Source of the DNA: Podarcis cretensis | Taxonomy: Eukaryota | DNA length: 64,000 bases | Assembly (NCBI GenBank): GCA_951804945.1 | Contig: OX638152.1 | Location: 71,424,001-71,488,000, forward strand | Reading direction: 5' to 3' | Part shown: one piece after another, positions 63,480 through 64,000 of the stretch | Layout: every line of letters begins with the position of its first letter | Numbering within the stretch: position 1 is the stretch's first letter | The notes under the pieces: generated by a model | Told to the model about the DNA's origin: nothing | Seen by the model: only the letters and a program-made list of their open reading frames with translations | Databases searched by the model: none | Translations under genes and position numbers: made by a program

Positions 63480-64000
63480 AATTTAACATGTTAGCCTGGC
63501 AACATCAATTCTCATGTGAAAAAGTATTATGGATCATTGCTTCTCATCACATGAAGCAATTACCCAGAAATGGCAGCCATGATGGAATATGATGGGATTA
63601 ATTAAAGTATATGGATCTGTTGTCAAATATCCAATGTCAGCTGCTGCCTAAATTGAAAGTATAAACTTGCCCTCAAATGGGATTGGTGGTTGCTAATTAT
63701 ACATTATGTCAACAGGGGACCTGTTGCTTTTGGTTAATCATCTTTATTGCATCTTATTCATGTCCCAGGCAGATATGATCAAGGGCAATTGTAACTATAA
63801 CAGCAACATAAGCCCCAAATCTTCATTGTGGCATTAAAAGCATTAATCAAGGGTATGATGGTTGTGGGCATGGCCACTGTGCATTAATGTTCTATCTGAA
63901 ACCCCCATTAATGGCAGATCTCTGAGGATTCTTTTTTTAAAAGAGCTGAACTAGAATTAACTTGGAAACTAAGGGATGATTGATTAAACGGCATCAAGGC
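63480..64000. promoter_or_regulatory. Candidate conserved non-coding element
   Basis: TE-free block dense in GGATTAATTAA, CTAATTAT, CATTAATCAA, CATTAATGG and TGATTGATTAA motifs. Conservation not tested. Confidence 0.35.

Noticed and set aside
1-64000. CRISPR arrays, rRNA genes, operon-type systems or endogenous non-retroviral virus genes
   Set aside because: No regularly spaced repeat-spacer array, rRNA-like sequence or viral ORF was seen; the DNA is repeat-rich vertebrate non-coding sequence.

Overview
This is vertebrate genomic DNA, most likely from a lacertid lizard (inferred from Sauria SINEs, a Squam3-like SINE with a (CTT)n tail, BovB, and lizard-type L2 and CR1). I found no host protein-coding exon or RNA gene. 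The window reads as intergenic or deep-intronic sequence: AT-rich, TAAT-rich blocks that look like conserved enhancers, interleaved with many transposable elements. The largest element is a 2.7-kb Chapaev3-type (CMC superfamily) DNA transposon at 37767-40477. It has terminal inverted repeats (TIRs), a TAA target-site duplication (TSD), a transposase with one premature stop and an apparent 5' deletion, and an 808-bp unclassified nested insertion. Also present are a BovB fragment nested in a Rex1-type LINE, nine Sauria SINE copies (several nearly identical), L2 and CR1 fragments, hAT and Tc1/pogo MITEs, several solo LTRs, two L1-ORF1-like remnants (one apparently lacking ORF2), and a 168-N assembly gap. 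The most novel-looking pattern is that sequence-unrelated solo LTRs carry a 100-120-codon acidic-then-basic ORF filling the presumed U3 region, starting at LTR nt 5 in the two well-bounded copies. Two apparent kilobase-range templated insertions are also visible. All family names come from motif recognition; no database search was run.
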